Below, one piece after another: positions 22,219 through 33,894 of a stretch of DNA of 64,000 nt (position 1 is the stretch's first letter; every line of letters starts with the position of its first letter). Both the position numbers and the translations under genes were made by a program. Source of the stretch: Anthoceros angustus. Taxonomy: Eukaryota > Plantae > Anthocerotophyta. The notes under the pieces are model-generated. The model was not told where the DNA came from and did no database searches. It saw nothing but the letters and a program-made list of their open reading frames with translations. The stretch spans positions 242,998 through 306,997 of the forward strand of contig VJWM01000220.1 in the NCBI GenBank assembly GCA_010909165.1, written 5' to 3'.

Positions 22219-22965
22219 ATGCGCAATTCAGAGAACAGGGACACCAGGCTGATGTGTTTATGTCCAAGTTTGGTGAACATGTATGCAAAGTGTGTCAGTC
22301 AGGAAGACGTTCAAAAAGTGTTTGGTGGGCTTGGTACCAAGGATGTGGTTACATGGAATGCCATGATAGCAGGGTATAGCCAGCGAGGCTTGGGCCAGGA
22401 AGCCCTCTTTCTGTACACCTTAATGCAAGAGGAAGCCATAGCTGGACCTAATTCCGTAACATTTGGGTGCCTCCTGCAGGCTTGTTCGAGTACTGGCACC
22501 CCAGACAGCAGCACTCTACCCGACTCTGTGACATTTGCATGCCTCCTGCAGGCATGTGCAGTTCTGGGTACCCAAGTTTTGGAGGAGGGGAAGCAGCTTC
22601 ATGCGCAAATCAGAGAACGGGGCCATGAAGGTGATGCTTTGGTAGCCACTATTTTGGTGAACATGTATGCAAAGTGTGGCAGCGTAAAAGACTCCCAGTG
22701 AGTCTTGATGTGCTTGGGCGACAGGATGTGGTGACTTGGAATGCCCTGATAGACGGGTGTTTCCAGCAGGGCGTGGGGCAGGAAGCCTTTCATCTCTACA
22801 GGAAGATGTCAGCAAAAGACATTGCCTGACCTATTTCTGTGACATTTGTTTGCCTCCTGCAGGCATGTGCAAGTTTAGGCAGCTCAGCCTTAGAGAAGGG
22901 GAAGCTGCATCATGCTCAAATTAGAGAACAAGGACTTCAAGATGATGTGTTTGTGGCCAACAGTG
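22219..22965 (+). pseudogene. PLS-class PPR fragment
   Basis: DVVTWNAMIAGYSQRG (P), SVTFACLLQACA...GKQLHAQI (L), LVNMYAKCGS (S); stops and frameshifts after 22700. Confidence 0.88.
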
Positions 22966-23372
22966 GTGGCTACCAAAGCATCAGCTTCATGGCCCCGTTC
23001 TCTGACTTGCGCATGAAGCTGCTTCCCCTCCTCCAAAACTTGGGTACCCAGAACTGCACATGCCTGCAGGAGGCATGCAAATGTCACAGAGTCGGGTAGA
23101 GTGCTGCTGTCTTCTTGCATAGCACAGTATAGACGAAGGGCTTCCTGTCCCATACCCTGCTGGGAATACCCTGCAATTGTGGCATTCCATGTCAACACAT
23201 CTTTTTCACCGAGTCTATCAAACAACATCTGAGCGTCTTCCAAGCTCCCACACTTTGCATACATGTTCACCAAATTCGTGGCCAAAGCCACATCATCTTG
23301 GAGACCTCGGTCTCTGATTTGCGCATGAAGCTGCTTTCCCATTCCCAAACTTGGGGTGCCAGTACTCGAACA
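22966..23372 (-). pseudogene. Inverted PLS-class PPR segment inserted within the + strand PPR
   Basis: Minus ORF GKQLHAQIRDRGLQDDVALATNLVNMYAKCGSLEDA...DVLTWNATIAGY...SVTFACLLQAC; 22966-23111 is the near-perfect reverse complement of 22504-22649. Confidence 0.88.
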
Positions 23373-24070
23373 AACTAGAAGATGCTCAGAAACTGTTTAA
23401 CGGACTTGGTCAAAAGAATGTGGTGAGAAAGCTGCCCAGAATGACAGACTGCCATGCAAGACGAAGGCATGGCTGCACCCATTTCTGTGACATTTATGTG
23501 CCTTGTACAGGCATGTGCAACTCTGGGCACCTCAGCTTTGAAAACGGGGAAGCAGCTTCATGAAAAAATCAGAGAACAAGGACATGAAGCTGATGTGTTT
23601 GTCGCGAACAGTCTTGTCAACATGTATGCCAAGTGTGGCAGCCTGGAACATGCCCAGAGTGTGTTTGATGGACTTGGTCAGAAAGACGTGGTCACCTGGA
23701 ATGCCATGATAGCAGGGTATTCCCAGCACGTCATGGGCCAGGAAGTCCTTCACCTCTACAGTGCTATGCAAGAAGATGCCATCGCTGTTCCAGATTCCGT
23801 GACATTTCTGTGCCTCCTGCAGGCTTGTGCAAGTATGGGCACACCAGCTTTGGCAGACGGGGAGGCAGCTTCATGTGCAGATTAGAGAACGAGGCTATCA
23901 GTGTGATGTTATTGTAGCCAGTAGTTTGGTGAACATGTATGCAAAGTCTGGCAGCCTAGAGGATGCTCAAAGAGTGTTTGATGGTGTTGGTAAAAAGAAT
24001 GTGATGACGCGGAATGCAATGATTGCAGGTTACTTGCAGCAGGGCATGGGGCAGGAAGGACTTCCTGGCC
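23373..24070 (+). pseudogene. PLS-class PPR fragment, frameshift near 23850
   Basis: ORFs 23454-23885 and 23827-24204 carry consecutive L, S and P motifs in different frames; no E/DYW domain seen. Confidence 0.85.
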
Positions 24071-24957
24071 CATGTCAACATGTCAACATTTCAACGCAAT
24101 GTGTTTCGGTATGGAGCGTAAGAGCATGGCTTGTTTCACAGGATTTCAGTGTTGGATGGCCTCCCCAGTCAAAAAGGCAGAAGGAGCCCGCTGTCCTCAT
24201 TTGAACGTTTTCTTTTCACAGCTGGAATTCAGGTTTGTCGGGAGAAACGTCATGATAGGTAGATGGGTGTGGAGGGGACCAGCCCCCGCCATCTCATGGG
24301 AGCAGCCCTGCGAGGTCGAGATGGGTATGAATAGAATGGCTTTCATAGCCGAGGCAAGCAGAGAGGATTTGGGTAATTTCTCTTCAACATTGGGTGACTG
24401 AAGTGTGTCGAAGCTAGCCCATTTGTGCTTTTCCTTGGGCTGTCTGTGCTATTCCTTTTCCTCACGTATCTAAGAGCTTGTGTGGCATTTGTTTTCACTT
24501 GGGCTGTCTGTGCTATTCCTTTGCCTCACGTATCCAAGAGCTTGTGTGGCATTTGTTTCATCATTGGTTGTTGAACTGGAAGTCCGGATTTCATGTCTGC
24601 ATCTGTTCCTGCGGAACACGCCTGTCAAGTTTCTTATGTCTCGAGCATTTCACTAGCAGGCTAGGCAACGTTGTCCCTTTCTGTCCCCGAAAAAAAGGGC
24701 GGGGATGGGCTCTCATTTTCCTGGTTCACAAACGGCCAGGGTTACTCCGAGATTTCGTTGCAAGGAGATCAGAAAATCTGTTTGTGCTAGTTGAATGAAA
24801 GCGTGAGCGGCTTCTCGCTGATCTTTTTCCTCCACAAATCTGGAGGAAAAAGTCTTTTTCCTACACGTACACCCACTTGATGAGGAGGTTGATTGTTGCT
24901 CCTTCCCGGATCTGAGCGCTCAGACGCCGAGATGGGCCGCAGGCTAATCCTCCCTGC

Positions 24958-25060
24958 AAAGTACGCGGCTTCCGGGGCCAGCCCAAAGTACGCGGCTTCC
25001 GGGGCTAGCCCAAAGAACGCGGCTTTCGGGGCTAGCCCGAAGAACGCGGCTTCCGGCAGC
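24958..25060. repeat. 27 bp minisatellite, about 3.7 copies
   Basis: AAAG(T/A)ACGCGGCTT(C/T)CGGGGC(C/T)AGCCC units. Confidence 0.9.
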
Positions 25061-25718
25061 AATAGGATGCGGAACGCGTGGCCGGAAATGGGGACGCGGA
25101 ACGCGTGTAAGAGCGTAAGGAGCGTGGACTCCTTCATTTGCATCTGGGGCTGACTGACCTTTCCGGATCTGAGCGCTCAGACGCTGAGATGTTGCTTGCA
25201 GGCGCTCCGGCAGCGCAATTGGCGGCCATGGTGACTGCTCGCCTAGCCTGATTCGCTGTGGCGGCCAAGCACTGCTGCCGAGGTGCGTATTGGAAACTCT
25301 GTTTGATGCTTGAGTGCAATGGCCTGTCAGGCTGAGATTTCGGCGTCTTGATTGCCAGCATAGTAACCCGGGGCCGAACACCGCTGCCGCGCGGGGGCCG
25401 GGCTTGGTTACTGTCACACCATGTCTTGAGCATCAGTTAGGAGCCAGGGAAGTGGATTCGCAGGAAGGCGGAGGAACGCGGACTAGGTGTGTGCCCTGTC
25501 TTTGATGAAGTGTGTTTGATTCTTCGGTGCATTTTAGTGTCACGCCCACACTTCGCGGTCGTGATTGTAGTGCGATTGTACCCGAAGACTGGTGCCGCGG
25601 GCTCTTGGTTGCACACTTGAAGCTTGAGCAAGGAGCACGAAAGGAGCCTGGCAGGGAGCGCGCGTGGTAGCTGCTAGCGGATTGGATTCTGTCACTGATT
25701 CCGTGTGGATATTCTATC

Positions 25719-26489
25719 ATGAGTGAACGACTAGCAAACCTCCGTTCCTGCCAGTGGCCGAATATTGATGTTCAGTCGCCTGGGCTGGTTTCCTCTCCAG
25801 ATGAATTCCAAGCTCGCAATGCATATGATCCGAACGTTCAGTCGCCTGGGCTGGTTTCCTCTCCAGATGAATTCCAAGCTGACAATGCATATGATCCGAA
25901 TGCAACAGATCGCCAGATACAAGTTCCAAGTGTCGCCATCGACATGCGCAATGGAGTGGCGGGACGAGGTGAAAGTGTCGCGATCGACATCGGGGATCAA
26001 GTGGAGGAACTGGAGGAAAAGGTTGGGAGTGGCCATGAAGAGGTTGCAATCGACATGCGCAATGGAGTGGCGGGACGAGGTGAAAGTGTCGTGATCGACA
26101 TCCCGAATCTTCAAGAGGAGGAACGGGAGGAACAGGTTGGGAGTGGCCATGAACAGGTTGCAAGTGTTCCAGCGAGTCACTTGGACCAGGAAAAGGATAC
26201 TAAAGAGGTTCAGTCTCTAATGAAAGTAGCAATTCTGATTGTCACACTTGGCGTAACGTTGCTACAAGAAGCGTCAGGACATGACAATGCTTCAACCACA
26301 TTTTGGTTGCTCTTCTTTCCGTGGGTTTTTTTCATTACAATCCTTGGCGCATTGGTGTTCGTCATTTTGTTTATACCTAACGGAACAGTTTTGTGTGCTG
26401 GACCTCTCGGCACTACGATGCGATGGGTTATGATAGCCGTTGTGGCTTTTGCCTTGTCGACGTGGGTATACACTATGCGACGCAAGTGA
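25719..26489 (+). CDS. Unassigned membrane protein copy 1 (256 aa): acidic disordered N-terminus with two internal in-frame duplications, three C-terminal hydrophobic helices
   Basis: Intact intronless ORF; hydrophobic segments VAILIVTLGVTLLQ, FWLLFFPWVFFITILGALVFVILFI, WVMIAVVAFALSTWVY; two paralogs in window. Confidence 0.7.
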   Translation: MSERLANLRSCQWPNIDVQSPGLVSSPDEFQARNAYDPNVQSPGLVSSPDEFQADNAYDPNATDRQIQVPSVAIDMRNGVAGRGESVAIDIGDQVEELEEKVGSGHEEVAIDMRNGVAGRGESVVIDIPNLQEEEREEQVGSGHEQVASVPASHLDQEKDTKEVQSLMKVAILIVTLGVTLLQEASGHDNASTTFWLLFFPWVFFITILGALVFVILFIPNGTVLCAGPLGTTMRWVMIAVVAFALSTWVYTMRRK

Positions 26490-27171
26490 TGGCAGGAAGG
26501 CTGCAAGTCTCACAGAAAGAAAGCGGCGGACAGCAATAACGATAGTGCCACAGCTTTGTGGCATTCCTGGCTAGGTGTCAACGTCGAAGTCTGTTGCTGG
26601 TATGTGAAAAATAGTGACAATCCCTTTGTTTCTCTCTCATTGTTTGTGCCGCCACGTGCGCGGTTAGGAAATTGGTAATGCAAAAAGCCTGGCATACCAA
26701 ACAAGACATAGGGGACAGGGCTTTTTTTTTCACGCGCGAAATTTTTTTTTACGCCACAGTGTTTTTATGTCCGTTAGGTAACCCCACCGAAATGGGGTAG
26801 CCCAAAACGGACGCACCAAAGCTACCACTTCGCGCTCACCGGTACGGAAAGGGAACCTTTTTCTTTCCCGCACTCACTGGGATTTTTTCTCGCGCGCGCA
26901 CCAACAATTTTTTTTTGGCCGTTTTTAGGATTCATCTCCTAGGAGGGTGGAGCGGGGTTTTAGGGCAGGGGCGAGGAACACAGGCTTGGCGGGGCTGCTT
27001 TAGGCGACGGACGGACGCTGGTCGGGGCGACCAGCGGCGAGGCAGGCATACGGGACGGGGGAAGAAGGGGCGAGGTCCGCAGGCGTGGCGGGACGACGAG
27101 GTGCGCGGCAGGCAGGCAGGTGCGCAGGCGCGTTGAGGCAGGCAGGCAGGCCCGCAGGCGCGCAAGCGCGT

Positions 27172-27695
27172 CGAGGCGATCTATTGCATTCGGATCATAC
27201 GCATTGCCAGCTCGGAATTCATCTTGAGAGGAAACCAGCCCAGGCGACTGAACAATATTCGGCCACTGGCAGGAACGGAGGAATCCAATCCGCTAGTAGC
27301 TACCACGCGCGCTCCCTGCCAGGCTCCTTGCGTGCACCTTGCTCAAGCTCAAGTGAGCAACCAAGAGCCCGCGGCACCAGTCTTCGGGTACAATCGCACT
27401 ACAATCACGACCGCGAAGTGACACTAAAATGCGGGCGTGACACTAAAATGCACCGAAGAATCAAACACACTTCATCAAAGACACGGCACACACCTGGTCC
27501 GCCTTCCTCGCCTTCCTGCGAATCCGCTTCCCTGGCTCCTTGCTGATGCTCAACACATGGTGTGACAGTAACCAAGCCCTGCCCCCGCGCGGCAGCGGTG
27601 TTCGGCCCCGGCCCCGGCCCCGGGTTACTATGCTGGCAATCAAGACGCCGAAATCTCAGCCTGACAGCCAAATGCACTCAAGCACCAAACAGAGT
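27172..27695 (-). pseudogene. Inverted, ATG-less 5' fragment of the 3-TM gene plus upstream module
   Basis: Reverse complement of ~25290-25915 with the ~50 bp containing the ATG deleted. Confidence 0.8.
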
Positions 27696-27875
27696 TGCCG
27701 ATACGCACCGCAGGGCAGAAGAAGAAGAAGAAGAAACTGCAGAGCAGGGCAGGAAACTGCCAAGCGGCCGATTGCCATTTGCGGTCAGGTCTATCCGGAA
27801 AGGTTTATCCTGTACGGACCGTGCTCAAGACAGAAGGCACCTGTCGTCTGTGCTGCAGGTGCCCTCTGGTCCTCT

Positions 27876-27927
27876 GGTCGGTAAAGGATAAACCTTTACG
27901 GCCGTAAAGGTTTGTCCTTTACGGACC
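27876..27927. repeat. ~52 bp imperfect palindrome with perfect 24 bp core AAACCTTTACGGCCGTAAAGGTTT (27890-27913)
   Basis: Flanks GGTCGGTAAAGGAT / GTCCTTTACGGACC pair with two mismatches; related motifs at ~27797 and ~28041. Confidence 0.85.
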
Positions 27928-29688
27928 ACGGACTTATGACCAGCCCGTACGGCATCACTCCAACAATGGAGCACGTTGGACGTGTTACGTTTTACGGCCA
28001 TAAAACGTAACACGTCCCGCGAAACCTTGTCTCTTGAAACCGGATAAACCTTTACACGGACCAGCGACGTATGAGTACGGCATCACTCCAGCAGTGGAGC
28101 GAACGAATTCGCAAACGAATTCGCGAATTCGATTCGGTTCCTTCCCCGGCGAGTGAGGACTTGAGGGTGCGAGTGGCGCCACAGGATTGAAACTTGAGGA
28201 TGGGGGAGAGTACTCGACGGCTCCGGCCAAGAATACGCTGCTGGGAAATGGGAATACGCTACTTTCCAGCAGCTTCCCGAACGTTCCGGGCCGGGCCGGG
28301 ACGCTGCTGGGCATACGCTGCAGGGCATACGCTGCTGGGCATACGCTGCTGGGCATACGTTTTTGTATTTCTTACGTTATTGAAAATCTGGTGACCCTTT
28401 TATATGCTCAAATTTATCCTCGGCATGGTTATCTATTTGTTAGTCATTAACCATAAGATCGTCCACCGAGGAAAAGACAAGGCATGTGGCCAGTTAAGCT
28501 CATGACGTTTAACCAAGGTAAATGGGTACGTTACTGACTCATATGGAAATTGTCTTTTAGAATGAGCCATTCTTCTCGTTGTCGAACGGTAAATGGAAAG
28601 TAGAAAATGTGCGAGAAGTTCAACATTTAGAAGCATATACTGGTATATAAATAGAATGGAACCAAAACATCTGCAACAAACATGGTTAGATAAGACGGCG
28701 CTACGAGTATAATTAAACCAAAGATTGAGCTCATGAATACATGATGAAATCCTAGATATAAATGCATATACATAAAAAAATACAATTTCAAGCTTGGTTG
28801 AGAGATTCAAGGTCCCGTAAAGATGATGTGACGATCATCATACATGGGGAGGTCGACCTCTCTGCATTTAGACCTATTTCGAAATCCTTGGCAATAAATA
28901 AATCCATTTAATAGATAATCCATTAACAAAGTTTTAATGGATTATCTAATAAATAAAAAATATCTTTGAAACTTGTATTAATTATCTCTTGTAAAATGGC
29001 TCTACTTAGATACACCTAGTTTCAGCAAGAAGAGTTTTGCAAAGAAAGAAAAGGAAATACGGTTTATTTAGTTCGAGTTTACATAATAAAATAAAGATTT
29101 ACCTATTGAAAAACTTTATGTAAATGTTGTCACAGGAAAATGAAGCAGGAATTATTAGAAAACAAATTCATGCAAGAAATTCAAATTAGAAGAAATAAAG
29201 AAATATAAATATTATTAAATTCATGTATTAACTGGAATTTAATCGAATTAGTAACAAGAATTCCTTCCCATCGGGAACATCTCATTAAGCTCTTTGGCTT
29301 ACAAATTCTTAGTTCATTAATTTTACGCGATTTACGTAAGTCGAAAATGGAAAGAAGTTTGATACTTAAGAGTTTTCCACTACTTATACTATCTATGTTT
29401 ATACGTCGGATGAATAGTAGAAATTTTGTTGAAATAAATAATTGTCATTTAGAGAGAATAATTTATGCACCATTAGCATACATGTAACGAAGCAACCAGC
29501 CTCCTTCAACATATCTCATTATGTGTTCTACACTTAGGAAAGCTAGATCCACGTGAGGTGTATGAAGCATAGTTTGGGAAACACCTGCAATTATCTAAAT
29601 AATATTTTTATTAATTATAAATAAATACAAAAATATGTTCTTATGCGTCGTTATGAAACGACGAACTGAAACCCTAGATTAGCTTTGT

Positions 29689-31017
29689 GTGTTAAAGATG
29701 TTTTCTCACACTAGAAGCACAAGAATGCAAGTTGCGATAATTGGAATAAGTGCATTTTCCCAGGGATGCTATTTACAACACTATACTACCACTGTGAGTC
29801 TTTCATCAACCGAGGCTGAGTACGGAGCATTATCTTTAGCTGCATGTGAAATCATTTGGGTCAGACAGTTCCTTGAAGGCATACATTGGCAGCAACACTT
29901 AGCAATACTTTTAAGATGTGACAACCAGTCAGCGATTGCGCTCACCGAAAATCCTATCTTGCATGCTCAATCTAAGCATATTGAAATCCAGTTCCACTTT
30001 ATTCGCCAAGCAGTGGAGACAGGGGTCATACATTTGCAATATGTGCATACATCACACAATGTTGTAGACCTGCTTACCAAAGGTCTTCCTAAGGCGACTC
30101 ACGAGCAACATAGAAGCTCCCTAGGGTTAACCAATTCAGCCGCTCATCTCAGTCAGCAGCAAGACACGCGCCGAGCTGAGAAGGAGCATGGGTGAGCTGC
30201 AGCTGGAGCTATGGACTTGAAGCAGCGTTTGGGCATCCTCTCAAAGGACAGTTCCTGTGTGTTACGCACGGGGCAATCGTCTGCGCCTGACCTGCACACA
30301 CAACCCCAGCTGTTAGTTCTGGATGAAGCCTCAGGGTAATCCAAGCATGACCAATAGCGCCCTTTCTACATTTCACCTCTACTGCGATTTTGGTGGTCGT
30401 CATCCGGAAGACACAGCCTGCACGCCGCCTTGAAGACAGCAAGCTCAGCTTATCTCGCCGACCTGGAATACACGCGAGAAGGTTTGAGTGCCCGCTGTTT
30501 TCGGCCAGTGACCTCCACACCTACTAGTCTCTCCTGCAGTGAGTCTTTTCCCTTCAGATCTGTTTTGCTTGGATGCCACGCGCTTTTCTTTTGGCATGTC
30601 CTTCTCTGTTTAGCACGTGATCCAAGAAAGTAGTCGGATCGTGATGGCTACCTCTAACAGATGAGCTGCATCGCCAGATCGATGGAGCATGCCTTGAGTT
30701 CTCAGTCACTGTGTTTATGGCGATACTTTACCGTTTTAGACCGGGTTAACCAGATAAGGTTCCTAGTTAGGTCTGAGGGGGAGTATTGGATAAGTTAATA
30801 GTATTCAGACACTAACTCGCAATTACCAAGCGGTGTTAGGGTTAGCATACATACACATATAAGTTTAAGTATTATATCATATTAGGGTTTAGTCAGTTAT
30901 TACAAATACACTCTTTTATATTTCTTTGATCACTTCAAGCAGTTATTATTGTTATTATTGTGTGCCTCTCTAGTGCTCGTTCGTGTGCTCTCGCTCTAGG
31001 GCTGCCCAAGATCCACA
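29689..31017 (+). mobile_element. Ty1/Copia retrotransposon 3' end: RNase H, 3' UTR, PPT, 3' LTR
   Basis: VSLSSTEAEYGALSLAACEIIWVR...CDNQSAIAL...SKHIEIQFHFIR...DLLTKGL; PPT GAGGGGGAG at 30775-30783; LTR-like TATTGG...GATCCACA 30784-31017. 5' part absent. Confidence 0.85.
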
Positions 31018-31225
31018 TTATGCTGGACAACCGATTTGACGACCTGAGAACTACCCAGCTCCTCCTACGGTCCCAACTTCTTTGAGTTGCGACTTGATTT
31101 TTGGTAAGAAGGAATGTCACTCTGCTTATTTTGGACACACCTAGCCAGGAATGTTACAAAACTGTGGCGCTATCGTTATTGCTATCCACCGCTTTCTTTC
31201 CGTGAGGCTTGCAGCCTTCCTGCCA

Positions 31226-31816
31226 TCACTTGCTTTGCATAGAGTATACCCACGTCGACAAGGCAAAAGCCACAACTGCTATCATGACCAATCGCACCCA
31301 ATTGCTGAGAGTTCCAGCACACACAACTGGTCCGTCATGCAAAAACAAAATGACCAACCCCAATGCGGAAAGGACTGTAATGAAAAGGACCCACGGAAAG
31401 CAGATCAACCAAAATCTGGTTGAAGCATTGTCATGTCCCGACGCTCCTTGTAACAACGTTACGCCAAGTGTGACCATCATACCTGCCACTTTGATTAGAT
31501 ACTTAACCTTAGTGTGCTTTTCCTGGTCCAACTGATTCGCTGGAACACTATGGCCACTCTCCACCTGTGTCTCCACTTGAGGTCCGATCCCATCCCCGAT
31601 GTCGATCGCGACACTTTCACCTCGTCCCGCCACTCCACTTCCTGTCCAAGTAGCCATGTCCGTGGCGACACATTGAACTTGAATGTCGCGATCTGTTGCA
31701 TTCGGAATATATGCATTGCGAGCTTGGACTTCGTCTGGAGAGGAAACCCGCCCAGGCGATTGAACATCAGTATTCGGCCACTGGCAGGAACGGAGGTTTG
31801 TTAGTCGTTCACTCAT
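31226..31816 (-). CDS. Unassigned 3-TM membrane protein copy 2 (196 aa)
   Basis: Intact ORF MSERLTNLRSCQWPN...VAFALSTWVYSMQSK, colinear with copies 1 and 3. Confidence 0.7.
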   Translation of the reverse strand: MSERLTNLRSCQWPNTDVQSPGRVSSPDEVQARNAYIPNATDRDIQVQCVATDMATWTGSGVAGRGESVAIDIGDGIGPQVETQVESGHSVPANQLDQEKHTKVKYLIKVAGMMVTLGVTLLQGASGHDNASTRFWLICFPWVLFITVLSALGLVILFLHDGPVVCAGTLSNWVRLVMIAVVAFALSTWVYSMQSK

Positions 31817-33290
31817 GATAGAATATCCACACGGAATCACAGAATCCAATCCGCTAGCAGCTCCAACGCGCGCTCCCTGCCAGGCTCCTTGTGTGCTCCT
31901 TGCTCAAGCTCAAGTGTGCAACCAAGAGCCCGCGGCACCAGTCTTCGGGTACAATCGCACTACAATCACGACCGCGAAGTGTGGGCGTGACACTAAAATG
32001 CACCGAAGAATCGAACACACTTCATCAAAGACACGGCACAAACCTGGTCCGCCTTCCTGCCAATCCGCTTCCAAGTCTTTCGCCCTCGCCCGCGCGGCAG
32101 CGGTGTTCGGCCCCGGCCCCGGCCCCGGGTTACTATACTGGCAATCAAGACGCCGAAATGTCAGCCTGACAGGCAAATGCACTCAAGGACCAAACAGAGT
32201 TGCCGATAGGGTGGCACCTCGGCAGCAGTGGTTGGCCGCCACATCGAATCAGGCTAGGCGAGCAGTCCCCATGGCCGGCAATTGCGCTGCCGGTGCGCCT
32301 GCTACCAACATCTCAGCGTCTGAGCGCTCAGATCCGGAAAGGAGCAACAATCAGCCTCAGGTACAAATGAAGGAGGCCACGCCCACGCGTGCCTCCTTAC
32401 GCTCTTACACGTCAGAAGCTGGGCTGAACGCTTGGCGTGCTGCCACCCTGCCCCTCCCCCCGGATTTGCGATTTGGTCCGCCTTCCTGCCAATCCGCGCG
32501 GCAGCGGTGTTCGGACCCGGGTTACTCCACTGGCAATCAAGACGCCCAAATGTCAGCCTCACAGCCAAATTCACTCAAGCACCAAACAGAGTTGCCGATA
32601 CGCACCGCAGGGCAGTGCAGGGCAGTTCTGGGCAGGTTCCTGCCAGGCAAGTGCAGGGCAGGTTCCTACTAATCCGCGCGGCAGCGGTTGTCGGCCCCGG
32701 GTTAGGTTGGTTTCGCGTGAGCCCGTGCCCGGACCCGGGCATCACTACGCCACATATTGCGAAGCGGAGATGAACCTAAAATTGGTGCACGGGGCCGGGC
32801 TCCCCGTTTCACCCAACCTGCTCATTATTCAGGGTCCCCTCCCCCGGATTTGCGATTGGGTCCCCTCCCCCGGATTTGCGATTGGGTCCCCTCCCCCGGA
32901 TTTGCGATTGGGTCCCCTCCCCCGGATTTGCGATTCGGTCCTAAAATTGGTGCACGGGGCCGGGCTCCCCGTTTCACCCAGCCTGAACTGGGTCCCCTCC
33001 CCTTGGATTTGCGATTTGGTCCGCCTTCCTGCCAATCCGCGCGGCAGCGGTGTTCGGCCCCGGGTTACTCCACTGGCAATCAAGACGCCGAAATGTCAGC
33101 CTGACAGCCAAATGCACTCAAGCATCAAACAGCACCTCGCGATCGGCAGCAGTGGTTGGCCGCCACAGCGAATCAGGCTAGGCTAGCAGTCCCCTTGGCC
33201 GGCGATTGCGCTGCCGGAACGCCTGCAAGCAGCATCTCAGCGTCTGAGCGCTCAGCTCCGGAGAGGAGCAACCATCAGCTCCATGTAGAC
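31817..33290 (-). repeat. Shuffled upstream modules of the 3-TM gene family
   Basis: Blocks such as TGGCAATCAAGACGCCGAAAT and TCTGAGCGCTCAGA recur here and at 24880-25718, 27280-27695, 34735-34960, 37014-37280 and 38630-39560. Confidence 0.8.
32834..32940. repeat. ~26 bp minisatellite, 4 copies
   Basis: GGGTCCCCTCCCCCGGATTTGCGATT units; single units also at ~32455, ~32991, ~34730. Confidence 0.9.
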
Positions 33291-33894
33291 AAGTGGAGAA
33301 GGCCTCGCCCACGCGTGAATTTTTAAGCTCTTGCGGCCGGGAGCTGCCGGGCTACCCTGGTGTGCAGCGCAGTGTGCGGAGGGAGCGCGTTGCGCGGAGG
33401 GAGCGCGATGCGGTCTGTTGTGGGGCCCCTCCCATCAGTTATTATCATCAGATAATAGAGTATCAAGTAGTATCAAGCAGTATTAGGATAAAACGAAGTC
33501 AACGGACAATGTACATATAACGGACAAGGAACAACCGAGTGTTGGAGACTAGAATATGTACCTAATATAATATTGAAGAAATATTAGAGACTGGAGTACG
33601 TAATGTAATGTTAACGAGAAACTGAGGCTAACTCCGGCAAGGAGCTCGGGAAAGGAGCTCGGGAAAGCGCCCACGCGCCGGCGAAACCCCGTGGGAACGT
33701 TCCGCGTTTCAGGTGCTTCCTGCAATTGGCCAGTGCAGACACCCTCCCCTCCCCCTCATTTGCGTTGCGTTGGTCGTGACATCACCGGACCCGACACTCG
33801 CCACGTCCCGAGGCACCGGCACCTGTGAAACGGAAAACTGGCTACTTTCGGTCTCCGGTACCGTGACCCATCCCTCCGCTGCTCCATCGTCTTC

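Noticed and set aside
22219-24204. Functional PLS-DYW RNA editing factor
   Set aside because: Multiple stops, frameshifts and an inversion, several shared with the duplicate copy; no E or DYW domain in the window.
28433-28810. Plastid matK-like gene in the AT-rich island
   Set aside because: Manual translation showed no convincing matK motifs; kept only as an unassigned AT-rich island.
33440-33650. Possible solo LTR in the AT-richer patch
   Set aside because: No clear TG...CA termini, TSD or second copy.
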